In this document: positions 10,754 through 22,710 of the stretch, one piece after another
How positions within the stretch are numbered: position 1 is the stretch's first letter
Layout of the letters: every line of letters begins with the position of its first letter
Assembly (NCBI GenBank): GCA_021605075.1
Contig: BPLQ01015363.1
Span: 835,513 to 899,512, forward strand
Length of the DNA: 64,000 nt
Source: Caerostris darwini
Taxonomy: Eukaryota
Direction of reading: 5' to 3'
Position numbers and translations under genes: made by a program
Notes under the pieces: model-generated
Databases searched by the model: none
Seen by the model: the letters and a program-made list of their open reading frames with translations, nothing else
What the model was told of the DNA's origin: nothing

Positions 10754-11756
10754 TTTGAAATTGCAGAAAGAATAAACAAAAGGTAAAATCTAGGAGTACC
10801 TTCATTTAATTCCCCTACATAGAGTCAACAAAATATATTCCTTTGTTAATTCCAACACGTTATTGCACAGATGTCTCCAAATGAATACAAATATATATAA
10901 AGAATATAAATGCATTTATATTCTTGTATATATATACAAATATATACAAGACTATAAATAACCTTTCAAAATAATTACTGCACTAAATAGCTTGTTGTTG
11001 TTTTCAAACAAACCGGAAAATTGGACCTGAGGTTATTCGCAACTAGAGTAGCAGACATGTAGCAGATTCAACCAGATTCCATGTGCACTATGGAATCTGA
11101 ATACACAGTACTCACTTTGTAGTACTACAATTTAAAACTCACAACCCCAGGTATGACATTTGGAAATTTCCCCTTTTCTTACCTTCTCGAGCTCAACAAA
11201 AGGGCAATCCATTTCTAGAATAGATGAGAACATTAAAAAAATAACACTATAAAGTAAAACTATCCTAATTAATATGTCACAAATCCTTAATTTAAATCTA
11301 CAGAGATCTAATGTAAGAGAAAAAACAGCAAAGAAAAAAAATATGACTCACAATGTCACAGTAATCAGTATTGTGTGAAGAATATTGAACCGCACAATAA
11401 TAGCTGAAATTATATCTATCCAAATAATGTCATAATTCAAAACTTTTCAATATTTTATTTCCTGTGAAAACATAGCAAAATTTTCCCTAATCATAAAAAA
11501 AAAAATCTCATTTAAAAAAAACGTATGGTAATCTCAAACCGCGTATGCATCAATTATATATATGCACAATGTGATTAAAATGTTCAGTGAGAATATATAA
11601 TGCGAAAAAAAAAAAAAAAGAACTTTTAGTGGGAGACACCTGCATCTTGCAGAATAATATTCACCATGGTGCTGGATTTTATACTCCACGAAAAAACATT
11701 TATTCTCAACAATAGAGGGCACTACTGTAGCTAACTCCATGGAAGTGGCACAAGCG

Positions 11757-11996
11757 TAAAGGCTCGTTCCCACCGAGGCCAGAGACGTGAAGATGCAAGA
11801 GGCAAGCGACCAAATTTTTTCGACCCCTTCACAGCGAAACGTCAGAAATAGCATTACGCATAGTGAAAAACCGCTTGAAGTTGAAAGTTGGGCTACTCCA
11901 CGCGGCGAACTGCAAACCGGTTTCAGGCGACCGCGGTGAGGTCAAATTTTGGTCGCTTGCATCTTGTAGCCTTGGTGAGCACGAGCCTTAACGTTC
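11757..11996. repeat. GC-rich imperfect inverted repeat (foldback). It has about 70-bp arms and an about 100-bp spacer inside AT-rich DNA.
   Basis: GCGTAAAGGCTCGTTCCCACCGAGGC...GAAGATGCAAGAGGCAAGCGACCAAATTTTTTCGACC pairs with GGTCAAATTTTGGTCGCTTGCATCTTGTAGCCTTGGTGAGCACGAGCCTTAACG. A related motif TGCATCTTGCAG occurs at 11637. Confidence 0.55.
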
Positions 11997-12148
11997 ACAC
12001 AATGAAAAATTTGGATACAAAAACAATAATGAATACCGCTTGCACATTTTAAATAATTATTGTATAAAGTATTAAATATTTATGCTAATTATTTTTTTCA
12101 TTATTTATAATTATGTATTTGTGCAAATTTATATAAAAAATTATTCTG

Positions 12149-12300
12149 CTGTTATAAAATCTCCGTATTAAAGAAATTTTAAACCTTAAAATAAAGTATT
12201 GAAAAATATAAAATTATAAAGGTGCTTATCAATAAACAAAAATTGCGCTCTACATTTTATTGTAATATTTCTGAAGGTTTTTATTTTATTTATTTTTATT
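12149..12300. repeat. About 150-bp direct repeat. Its partner is at 13041..13200, about 0.9 kb away. It could be LTR-like or a local duplication.
   Basis: ...ATCTCCGTATTAAAGAAATTTTAAACCTTAAAATAAAGTATTGAAAAATATAAAATTATAAAGGTGCTTATCAATAAACAAAAATTGCGCTCTACATTTTATTG... aligns with ...TTTCCGTATTAATGAAATTTTAAACCTTAAAATAAAGAATTGCAAAGAATAAAATTATAAATGTGCTTAACAATAAACAAAATTTACACTCTAAATTTTGTTG... Confidence 0.6.
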
Positions 12301-13040
12301 ATTATTTTTGTTATGCATTTTAAATATTTATGCAAGCAAAAATAGTTATGGTTATGATGTTGTGATTGAAAAGCACTATTCATGTTTTCAATTCTTCGTG
12401 TGACATCATATGACATAAATTAGAGATGCATGAAATAGGACTGTATAATCTGATGTGCATCATTATTTGATGCGTATTATTGCTCTATTTCGCGAGCTTC
12501 TGAAGTTATCACGGACATAAGCCAAAAGCATGCTGATTTTTTTTAATAAGAAAATGTGAATGTACTAAATGTTTTATAAATTGGGTAATTAATAAGCGGG
12601 TGCTTTTTTTTTTATTTTGTAGGACTATACTTTAAAATGTCCTTTTTCAAATGGTGGCATATGCTTATATTTTGTCCAAACAGCAAAGCATTAATACAGT
12701 TAAAGTGAACAGAATGAATTAAATTCGAATGCAAGTTACGCCCTAGAATTGGAATGTCTCCTCTTTTGCACATAATCAAGATGCTCAAGCACGATAGTAT
12801 GGAGTTCAAAATTTAATCAAGTACATACACATAAACATATCAAGTGCATTTTGCATACGAATCTTCCTTACAATCTGAAAACTCTTTGTTGAGCCTTTTT
12901 TTTATTGTTATTTATATTTTTGCAATGTATTAATAATAAAAAACTTAACATCATTTCTTTTTTTAAAATAGCACAGATTATTCGAATGAACAATGTAATG
13001 AGGCATTGCCGTATTTTATTATCTGTTTTACAAAATATTA

Positions 13041-13200
13041 CTTTGCTAATATAAAATTTCCGTATTAATGAAATTTTAAACCTTAAAATAAAGAATTGCA
13101 AAGAATAAAATTATAAATGTGCTTAACAATAAACAAAATTTACACTCTAAATTTTGTTGTTATAATATTTCGGAAAATTTTATTTTTTTTTATTTTTGTA
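13041..13200. repeat. Partner copy of the 12149..12300 direct repeat.
   Basis: See the entry for 12149..12300. Confidence 0.6.
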
Positions 13201-14119
13201 AAGAAGAAAAAAAAACATTTTCTTTAAAATTATGCGATGTATTCAAATCATTTCTCCTTTCATTGTGGCTTAGGCAAACTAAAACGAGCATTTTCCGATT
13301 AAAATCTTTATTAGATTCATTACAACTCAATGGTTTAAAAATTATTTCTTAAATGTATATAATACTCAACCAAAGCATTTCATTATATGCTTGTCTTTTC
13401 ATTATTTTTGTTGTTGTTTCCACCTAATACGGGGCACTTGTGTCTTAATTCTTATCATTATTATCTTGCCTTAATTCTTATTACTTGTGCCCATCATTAT
13501 TTATTTATCTATTTATCAATGGTTTAGTTACGATGTATTTAGCATCACTGCAATGTAATACCATTGTTTTTCATCCGTTTGGAGAAATTTCTTCCTAAGA
13601 AAAACTAGCCCACATACTTATTATATATGAAGAAAATCAAAAAATTATTCACTCAATCATTCACACGATGGAGAAGCATAACGCCAAAAGTCACATCAAT
13701 TACCATTCAGGAATTCAATTAAACTGAGACATGAGTTTTCTAATTAATGTAATACATATCTCTAAGCATAGAAAATAAGGCTGAATATATAATCTATTTT
13801 TTTTTTAAAGTCAAAATCCAGTTTTCGCCAATATTCAAATTTTGTAGTTGGGATCAGTTTCTTCAATTAAAATGAATAAAATCATTTGATGATTAAAAAT
13901 ATATTGCTGACATTCCAAAATGCAATACCATGAAGGAAACATCAAAAAGATGCGAAATTTGCATCATGCGTTTACCAGAATAGGGTCTGCAGATTATTAG
14001 CAATTCACCACAAACGCACATCATGAGTGTCTGTTGCGAAACCAACAAGTGCTACATGAAAGCGGAACATACGGCTGTTTTTAAATACTGAAATTAATTT
14101 TTCTCGGGTTATTTTTGGG

Positions 14120-15110
14120 GAAATTTCAGTATGCCTCTTAGAAGAATACGAGTATCAATTAAACACGTTTCTGAACTTCAAAGAGGAAGAATTTTGACTA
14201 AAAGAGATTTCGAATTATCTTTCCAAAATGTTGATGCTAATGGTAGACGTAATCAATCTCCAGTAAAGATCATATGCAATCGATAGATTCAGGAGAGATG
14301 GACCGACCGATGAGAACTACCTCAACAGCCTATGCACCAATACACATGAGGATTGGCACATTAGGCTCATGACACTAATGGATCGCTCTGTAACGTCACG
14401 AAGAATAGCACAAGACATAGGGTTTGTTGCACAATAAATTTTTCAGCACATAACTATTTGACGTCGTTTACAGCACTACGAAATTTCAGGAAAACGTTCA
14501 TTGCTGAGATTTACTTTGACTCTAGACCACAAGCGTCTCATTGGTACGATGAACATTGGACCTGGACAAACCCATGGCGCGACTTTATTTTTCAGACGAA
14601 TTACAATTCTTTCTACAGCACTACGATAGTAGTATCCGCCTCGGTTGACACCACAGTGAAAGGTTGCATAATTCTTACATTATACAACCCAATATCGGTC
14701 CTTCATCTGGTAATATGATACGGAATGGTATTTGATTTTACTCTCGCATTCCTCTGACATAAATAACCGATACACTGTACATTCAGCGCTACAACTCTAA
14801 TGTTTCGGAGATCTCTTTTATATTATTTTGAAGGCTTATAAGAGGACACATTTAAACAGGACAATGTAAGACTTACATGGCCCGCAAAGTTGTACGATTC
14901 TTCTTCACCCACCAGATTACATTGCTCCTTAGCCTGTCGATCTTTTGCCCATTGAACATGTCTGGTCGATGCAATGACAAGCCTATTATCTCAACATTCA
15001 AAGCTCGCTGCTACATCAGATTAACTTTGACAACTTGTGGAAGCAGCATGGACTTACATACCCCTAGAACACATACGAAGCTTCTTTCATTCAATGTCTA
15101 GGCATATTTA
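14120..15110 (+). mobile_element. Heavily degraded Tc1-like transposase relic.
   Basis: Plus-strand frames read MPLRRIRVSIKHVSELQRGRILTKRDFELS... (an HTH, cf. Tc1 ELSEFERGQIV), ...DEHWTWTNPWRDFIFQTN..., and ...LSIFCPLNMSGRCNDK. This is a faint echo of WPAQSPDLNPIEHVW. Confidence 0.4.
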
Positions 15111-16559
15111 GCAGCACTTATTTCCAGCCTTTGCTGTTATGATCAACAATGTATATACATCTAAAATACTTAGATTGTTGCTTTTAGTAGTAATGGATTA
15201 TAATAGGTATATAATAATTAATATATTACAGTAATAACAATTGTTTTTAGAAATAGCAAATTTTATATAATTTTTGAACTTACAAAATATTTTCTATGGC
15301 TTAAAAATGGTGTTTTCATTTTTCTTTGAAAGAAAACTCTAAATTAATCTAAAGTTAATTAAGACATTCAGAAATATTTTGAAATTAAAATTCTCTACAT
15401 GCAAACAGTTATATATTTATTAATATTGAATCAATGATTGGGAGATATGGTATAAATGCACCCTAAAGAGGCTATTTTATAATTGATAAAAATCAGCCAC
15501 TTAAATTGATTTAATTTTTATTGCTATGATTTGTTTTGGAACCATGATGAAAATAAAAGTTTTATTAGCAAATAGCAAAAATATCTTTATAAATTAAGAA
15601 CATAGCATGGGTAAGTAATCTCTTTTAAATTACGTGAATTTAATGTATTAATAGAAAATGCAAACATATTTACTAATTTTATTTTTAACAAAAGCGAATA
15701 TCCTATTTCATATTCTTCTAAGTTGCTTAAAAATCTGTTTCGAGTAGCATTCGAAAAAAAATTACCTTAGGCCGCCTATAGCGATATTAGTTAAGTAATA
15801 ATAATAATGTACAAAGTAAGATATCCATCATGAAAATTAAGCAAAAAAGTTGTAGGAAAAAAAACAACATTTAAACAAAAATTATTGAAAAGGTTTTTCT
15901 TTTTAAAAAAAAAGAAAAAGACAGCTAAAACGAGTTAACCTCATACTGCATTTTGTTCATATTTACTCTGAAAGTAAATGTGAACAAAATGCACTCACAA
16001 ATGATCAAATGCAAATACATTTAATTTCACTCTGAATCTTAATTATACACTTGACTAGGTGCTTTGAGATGTATGCTCGTTGACGCTGCTTTATTTCAAT
16101 TTATTCAAATGCTTTTTAAAATACAATAGACAAAACAGTTTGGTAGAAGTGAAAATGAAACTTTTATAAAGGAAATGCTCGAAAACATTAAATTCTAGAA
16201 ATCATTGCCTATGACGGCTTAAATTTTTTTTTAAAAATACCAGAAACGTTGCTTGCACTTTCTAGCAACCAAAAGAACATAAATAAGAAGAATAAATTTG
16301 AAAAAGAAAGAAATAGATAAAACTGCATATCAAATAGTTCATAACATTTTAAAAGTTAAATGGTGATTAGAGTATATGAAGTACAACTGGTACTTGAAAT
16401 AAAAAGTGAAAAAGAAATAATAACCCCAGAAAGAATATGTGGGGTGTCTCTTAGCTTACAAGGTTATGAGACTTTTCGTAGAAATTTTTATCGTTTTTGT
16501 CTTATAATAAGCGTCCACTGACATATGAAATATCCAAGTGTAAGACAGAACTCTACATT

Positions 16560-17187
16560 CAAAGGCGCTTTTCAGTTTATTTCGTGCTGTTACATATTTT
16601 ATGCTCAATACAGTATTTGAAAAATTGGCCAAGCATCTTGGACAAATTGGGGCAGGATATAGTTTCCAAACTAGCTGTTTTGGACCAGATCGGATCGGTG
16701 TGCTTGCAGTGGATTCCCTCCCATGTGGGCATCTACGGAAATGAAATTGCTGATCTGCTCGCTAGGGAAGGTTGCGAACTTCCCAAAGCTTCTTCTTCCA
16801 ATCTGTTAGCTTCAGAGGTTCATTCCATGACTTTAGCCAGAGTGAATACCTCTTCGAGGTCGCCACCAATTCATGCATGGTACGCCACTAAATATCCTGG
16901 TATGTCCATACAGTGCTCCTGTCCTAGACCTGCTCAGACGGTTTTAGCTAGACTAAGGACTGGCCACATTAAGAGTTTGACCTTCAATGGAGACGAGAAG
17001 ACATATGCCCTTTGTCATTGTTCGACCATCGCATCTCCCTCTCATCTCATAGATTGTATTGGTGCCACTGTGAGGCAACTGTTGAATGAGGGGAGGACAG
17101 TTTACGATCTATTGATGCAGCATGATTACTGGACTTGGTTTAGGATTCTAAATCAAGGGGATAAGCAACAACAACAACAACAACATA
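16560..17187 (+). mobile_element. 5'-truncated non-LTR retrotransposon (LINE) 3' end. It carries an RNase H domain, a C-terminal Cys/His motif and a (CAA)n tail.
   Basis: ORF 16497..17267 reads ...LQWIPSHVGIYGNEIADLLARE... (RNase H WIPSHxGIxGNExAD) and ...ARLRTGHIKSLTFNGDEKTYALCHCSTIASPSHLIDC. It ends in CAACAACAACAACAACAA. Confidence 0.7.
17167..17185 (+). repeat. (CAA)6 microsatellite forming the 3' tail of the LINE fragment.
   Basis: caacaacaacaacaacaa lies at the end of the LINE ORF. The shorter duplicate copy has (CAA)3 at about 18125. Confidence 0.8.
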
Positions 17188-17189
17188 TT

Positions 17190-17696
17190 TTATGCATTGA
17201 AACAAAATGTGTTCAACTGTTTCCGGAATTTTGCAGATCAGGCATAATGGATATGAAGTCAGGCTAAATCTATGGAATTTAGCATTGCTAGGATATGTGC
17301 GAAATCTGGAAATAAGAATGTCTTCTTTTCGATGATTAGGAAAAAGTCTGTGAGAAGGTTTAATACCATTCAGATGACTGCATTCCTGATCATATTTACC
17401 ACCCATCCACTGCTCTGTTGCTTTTAGATGTGCTTTCTTTTTTGTTGAAATATGAGAACTGCCGGCGATACCCAATAAGAAATATTATTGTATCTGCTGC
17501 AGATTTTGAGAAGAAATCGGCTAGTTCATTTTCTGTAATACCAACTTGCCCTGAGGACCAGATGAATTCGATGATAAAATGCTATTGTAAAGATCTTGAA
17601 GTTTATTGCAAATGAACTGAATGATACGATCGGAATGGATATTACAATTCTGTAATGCCAATAGAACTGATAGACTGTTTGTGAGGATAATATATT
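17190..17696 (-). mobile_element. 3' part of a different LINE on the minus strand, with RNase H and a Cys motif. It abuts the plus-strand LINE tail-to-tail.
   Basis: Minus-strand frames read IEFIWSSGQVGITENELADFFSKSA (RNase H) and HRLFPNHRKEDILISRFRTYPSNAKFHRFSLTSYPLCLICKIPETVEHILFQC. Confidence 0.6.
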
Positions 17697-18135
17697 TATA
17701 ATTGCTGATCTGCTCGCTAGGGAAGGTTGCGAACTTCCCAAAGCTTCTTCTTCCAATCTGTTAGCTTCAGAGGTTCATTCCATGACTTTAGCCAGAGTGA
17801 ATACCTCTTGGAGGTCGCCACCAATTCATGCATGGTACGCCGCTAAATATCCTGGTATGTCCATACAGTGCCCCTGTCCTAGACCTGCTCAGACGGCTTT
17901 AGCTAGACTAAGGACTGGCCACATTAAGAGTTTGACCTTCAATGGAGACGAGAAGACATATGCCCTTTGTCATTGTTCGACCATCGCATCTCCCTCTCAT
18001 CTCATAGATTGTATTGGTGCCTCTGTGAGGCAACTGTTGAATGAGGGGAGGACAGTTTACGATCTATTGATACAGCATGATCTACTGGACTTGGTTTAGG
18101 ATTCTAAATCAAGGGGATAAGCAACAACAACATAT
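17697..18135 (+). mobile_element. Second, shorter 5'-truncated copy of the same LINE 3' end. It is about 95% identical to 16745..17185 and lies inside a minus-strand LINE.
   Basis: The direct repeat of AATTGCTGATCTGCTCGCTAGGGAAGGTTGCGAACTTCCCAAAGC...GGATTCTAAATCAAGGGGATAAGCAACAACAACA is present. ORF 17782..18099 duplicates the ORF of the first copy. Confidence 0.75.
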
Positions 18136-20420
18136 ATTTATGAGATGAGAGAACATAAGTTGAAAAAGTTAAGAGAAGTTCAAGAGCTACTCCCGTGAAA
18201 ATACTGCAGTAATTTGAAATCTGTCCTGATGAAGACTTTTGTGTAAAGGAATTGATGACTTCTATGGATTGTTTAAGTTCTGTCTTAGATGCGTCAGAGG
18301 CTAAAATGATTCTATCTTTGCAATGTTCACTTTTGTAATGTTCAAAAAGGTGTTTGATGATTTGATGAGGTAACTATTTTGTTTGAAAAAAGTCATTGAG
18401 ATGAAATATGACTTTAAAATTCAAATTAACAGAAGGAAAATTATTAATTAAATTGGAAAGTTGAATGTTTAAATTGTCCAAAAGATTTGCAAAAAAACAT
18501 TGAAGTAAAATGGGACGTTTCAACCTTGGGTTTTTATTTCCCGAGCGAAGATAAATAGTGAGTGGAGAAGCGGAATCAAACGAAATATGTTTGACAAAAA
18601 AGCGCTTTTCTAGCATCAGCTTCTAAAACAAAAAAAGTTGACCGGTTTCTTTAAGTAAAAATGTTATTGCTGTCGAACTTCGAAAACCTGTTGCAAAACG
18701 TAAAACCAGATGATATAAAGTGTTTAGTGTTCGGAAATCACTATGGCTGGATGTGATAAAGATAGGAGCTCCATAATCCAGTAAGTTACTTACTTAATGT
18801 AGAATTTTGAATTATGGAATTTGTTATTTGAATTAAATGCCAGGACCGACAACCCCAGAAATTAGCAGCAATTACTTTAAGAGCATTCAACTTTTTAATA
18901 ACTTTCCTTTTAAGATACAAGAAATGCTTTTTGAAAGAGAGATTTTAAGAGACGATGATGCCTAAAATGCGTGTATGTTGTTTCCATGGGATATGGATAT
19001 TGTAAATTTGCAGATGTTGAACTAGTTGTTTTTTTTATTAGAAAATTTACCGCTTCACACTTGTCGGGTTGAAGGGTCAATTTGCAATTTTCTCACCATT
19101 GAATGATTTTATGAAGGGTTATTTGACGATTATTAAGTACTTTTTCCAGAGTTTTATCACTGCTAAAAAGATGATGATCAGAGATGATCTCAAAAATATC
19201 TCTCATATAGATAGTAACGAGAAAGCACTAAGAACACTCCCCTGTTGTACGACACGAGTGGAATACAATTTCATAGCCTTAGAGTTTCTCTATTTAACAT
19301 AAAAATTCCTGTTATTAATGAATTTATTAATCCATCTGGTAGCAATGCACTTTATGTCGACCTGTAAGATATAATAATATTATAAATACGACCATCTCTC
19401 CAAATTGAGTCATAAGCAGATGAAATATCTAATTTAAGAAAAAAAAAATTGGGGGGCATTTTTGCTTCAAATATTTTGTGATGTAGGAGGGATAATGAAT
19501 ATATGCAATTCTTGAAAGGAATAAATCCTGAATGATTAAGATGGAATTTGTCATGAATTGTAAAATGAATTATTCTTTTGAGTACGATATGTTAAAAGAT
19601 TTTACTAAGTATTGAAGTCAAAGCTATTGGACGATATGAGGTAGGGGAAGTGCTATCTTTTCCGGATTTAAGGATGGGAATGATTTTCGCCGTTAATTAT
19701 TAATGAGAAATAACACCAGTTACCAAATATTATTAAAGATTTGAAGTAGCTGTTGAAGATAAGGATCAGGAAGAATTTTAATCAATTTTCCTGGAATATT
19801 GTCACTTCCAGATGAAGTATTGGGAGTAGTGCGAATAGCTTCTTTTAGCTCGCTAAAAGTTATAGGTTTATTGTAATGCTGGTTGAAATCATCGGAAAGA
19901 TTAAATGGAATAAACTGATGGTCGATGATGGAAGAATGATGAATAAGATGAAGAGGAATGAGAAACTTACATATTAGCTTGCTGAGTCGGATCTGTAATA
20001 ACTAAATTACTTTTATGAAATATCTTATTGTTGACCAGATTATTGTCTCTATTATGAATTGCTTTAACAATTTTATATATTTTGCCATTACAGGCGGTAG
20101 AGGAACAAACAGAATCCCAATAATGTTTCTTAAGATCAGAAATGTAGTGACGAAGTTTGGCAGACATTTTCTTGTAAGAAATCCAGAGATCGCGAGAAAG
20201 GTGAGATCGAGCTTGAGGTAAACGTTTGGTTTCTTCTTCCAATTCTGATGCGAGTTCTATTAGTGATATGTCTGTAGAAATGTTACGAAGCAGAAATCGA
20301 GTGGAGATCTTTTCTGGGTAAGGAGATGCTTTAACAGGAACACTCTTAATGGCCTTTATGTTTGCTAATTCTCTTTCGGTGTCATAGTGAGAAGTAGAAA
20401 GGATTAATTTGCCTTGTCGT
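18136..20420 (-). mobile_element. Probable upstream continuation (pre-RT and RT region) of the same minus-strand LINE, interrupted by the nested insertion at 17697..18135. It is degenerate.
   Basis: Minus-strand ORF 19967..20242 reads ...KLRHYISDLKKHYWDSVCSSTACNGKIYKIVKAI, which fits the LINE ORF2 linker between endonuclease and RT (cf. EYWRNFCS...LWKLVKK). ORF 18374..18616 (-) lies in the same orientation. No host-gene similarity was seen. Confidence 0.4.
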
Positions 20421-22710
20421 GTGATACGTCATTATATTTGATATAGTCATTATATTTGAAAGTTACTTTAGATTATATGCTTTCTTTTTGAACTCTGGGA
20501 TGTGCTTTTGGTATCGCGCCATTTGGCTCCTCAAATACAATAAGAATGAATACAATAAGAACTTCCATTTTCTTATGCAATTTGTAGATTTGAAATTATA
20601 TACCGATGAGAAATAAAAGTAAGATCAACTTCGGAGGTGTGTTCCATGATATTAAGATTTAAAGTATTGTTTCTCATGCCAAAACTCTAAGCACACCCAC
20701 TCAGAGTATTTGGACCTTCTTAGCTCACCTTAAGACATCAACAAAAACTGAGATAAAAAAATGTGAAAATAAATGCAAATAAATACAGATGATTTACCTG
20801 AAAAGGAAATCAAAATAAGAAGAAAATACGTTTTATATTACCCGACGAACCCAACACAAAACAAGAAGATAAATTGAGATAAACGTCGTAAAATTCTCGT
20901 AAAAGTTGCCCAAGTCAAACAAGACAGAAACAGAGCATACACACCTTAACACCCTAAAAAATCAAAACTCCATCATAATTATTGATTCACAATATAGCGA
21001 TCAATATTTAAGTTAGTTTATTGTTCTTCTTTTTCGTTATCCACTAAGCAAGCCGGACAGTTTGAAAACATCCTGAAAAATATTTTAAAGCTAGTATGGC
21101 ATTGTATTTTTATATGGGCGGTGCTTTGAGATGTTTTCATTGCATGTCTTTGATGCAATCAAAATCTTCTACCGGTGTGTTTTGATTACAAACTTTGTGT
21201 TTACAGAGAAAAGATAAAGTAGGTGTATTATTGGATTAATTATTAATTTTTCTATGTAAGAAATTTAATTCTATTGTAATTAAAACTGCACAAATAATTC
21301 TGAATTAAAAAAAAGAACTTTGTATCAAAATAATTGGATTCTTAAATAATAATCAAATCAAAAATATCTTCTCAAAGATATTCATACATTTCTGCGTTTG
21401 AATATAAATTTATTTTATGTTTTCATTACCTATTAAATGAAAAATATTGCTGTTTGAGTACAAATATAATAATTAATTGTGCTTCTCATTAAATTTAATT
21501 TATAAATTAAAATTCGAAATTTCATAACTCTGCGTGTATCAACTTCCTGTTAAATTGGACTGATAAGAAAATATTTTGTTAAATTTGCAGCATTATTTAA
21601 AATTTTTCATTTTATAACAAGCAATAAAATTTTAATTCGGTAGCTGTTTTTTTGCATAAGAGACTGAATGAGTTTATTATGATAAAAATTATGTACAATT
21701 TTAACAAAAAAAGTTACATTATATTTCTGATGAGTAAATTATTAATTTAATTATTGACAATTTTGAAATATATATATAAATTAAGGAGAAAATTGAAATA
21801 ATTTCTCAGTTATCTTTTTATGAATAACAGAAATTATTTCTACATAATACTTCTTAAAATTTGTACTATAAAATTATTGTAATGTTTTCATTTATAATGC
21901 TTGCTAAGATAATGTTTAAAATTTATTGAAATTTTTATATATAAATAATATTTTTTTTTAACATCTATGTAATTTGTATAAGTTTTTTAAAAATGTTATG
22001 TAACTATAGTGTGCTATAATATAATTTTGTTGATTTATTATGTGAATTTATGAATTATAGGGAAAAATAATTTTTATAAAATATTCATAATTTTTTTATT
22101 AATATATTTTTTATGTATTTCATTATAATATTTAATTATTTTGTATAAATCAGATATCTTCACAATTAGTTGCAATATATAATATTTCTTCAGTATTGAA
22201 TTTCTGTAATTTTTACCATGATTTTAATATTTAATATGTGATAATCTGTGAGCTGCAAGATTTGCAATATGGTCCTTGTTTTATAAATAACATTTATTCT
22301 AATTTTGGCCTCATTCAACCATGTCTCATGTCAAAAGTAAAATTGTATTTATCTGAAGGAGGAAGTTTACTTATTTACCATGTATGTAAATTTCTTAAAA
22401 ATACCTATCATATGATGGCAACATAGAATATTTAGGTTATGATAATAGAAAAAATTGCTGTTTAAAAAACATTTACTTTTTTTTTTTTATTTTTTTTTAA
22501 AATTAAGGCTATATAATTAGATGATGGAGTTTTAAAATTCTGTGATCTTATTTATTCATTTAAAAATATTTATTTTACTATGTGTGAATGTATATGCCAA
22601 GTTATTTTCAATATCATTTTCATTATTCTTTTATGTGTTATTAGCATTGCATTTATAAGAAACTGAAATAATTTAAAAAAATGTTCTCTTGTTTTTTCAG
22701 AGTTATCATA

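Noticed and set aside
16497-17267. 256-aa ORF, the longest in the window, as a possible host gene.
   Set aside because: It encodes a retrotransposon RNase H domain and a C-terminal Cys motif, ends in a (CAA)n tail, and is duplicated 0.5 kb away. It is a LINE fragment.
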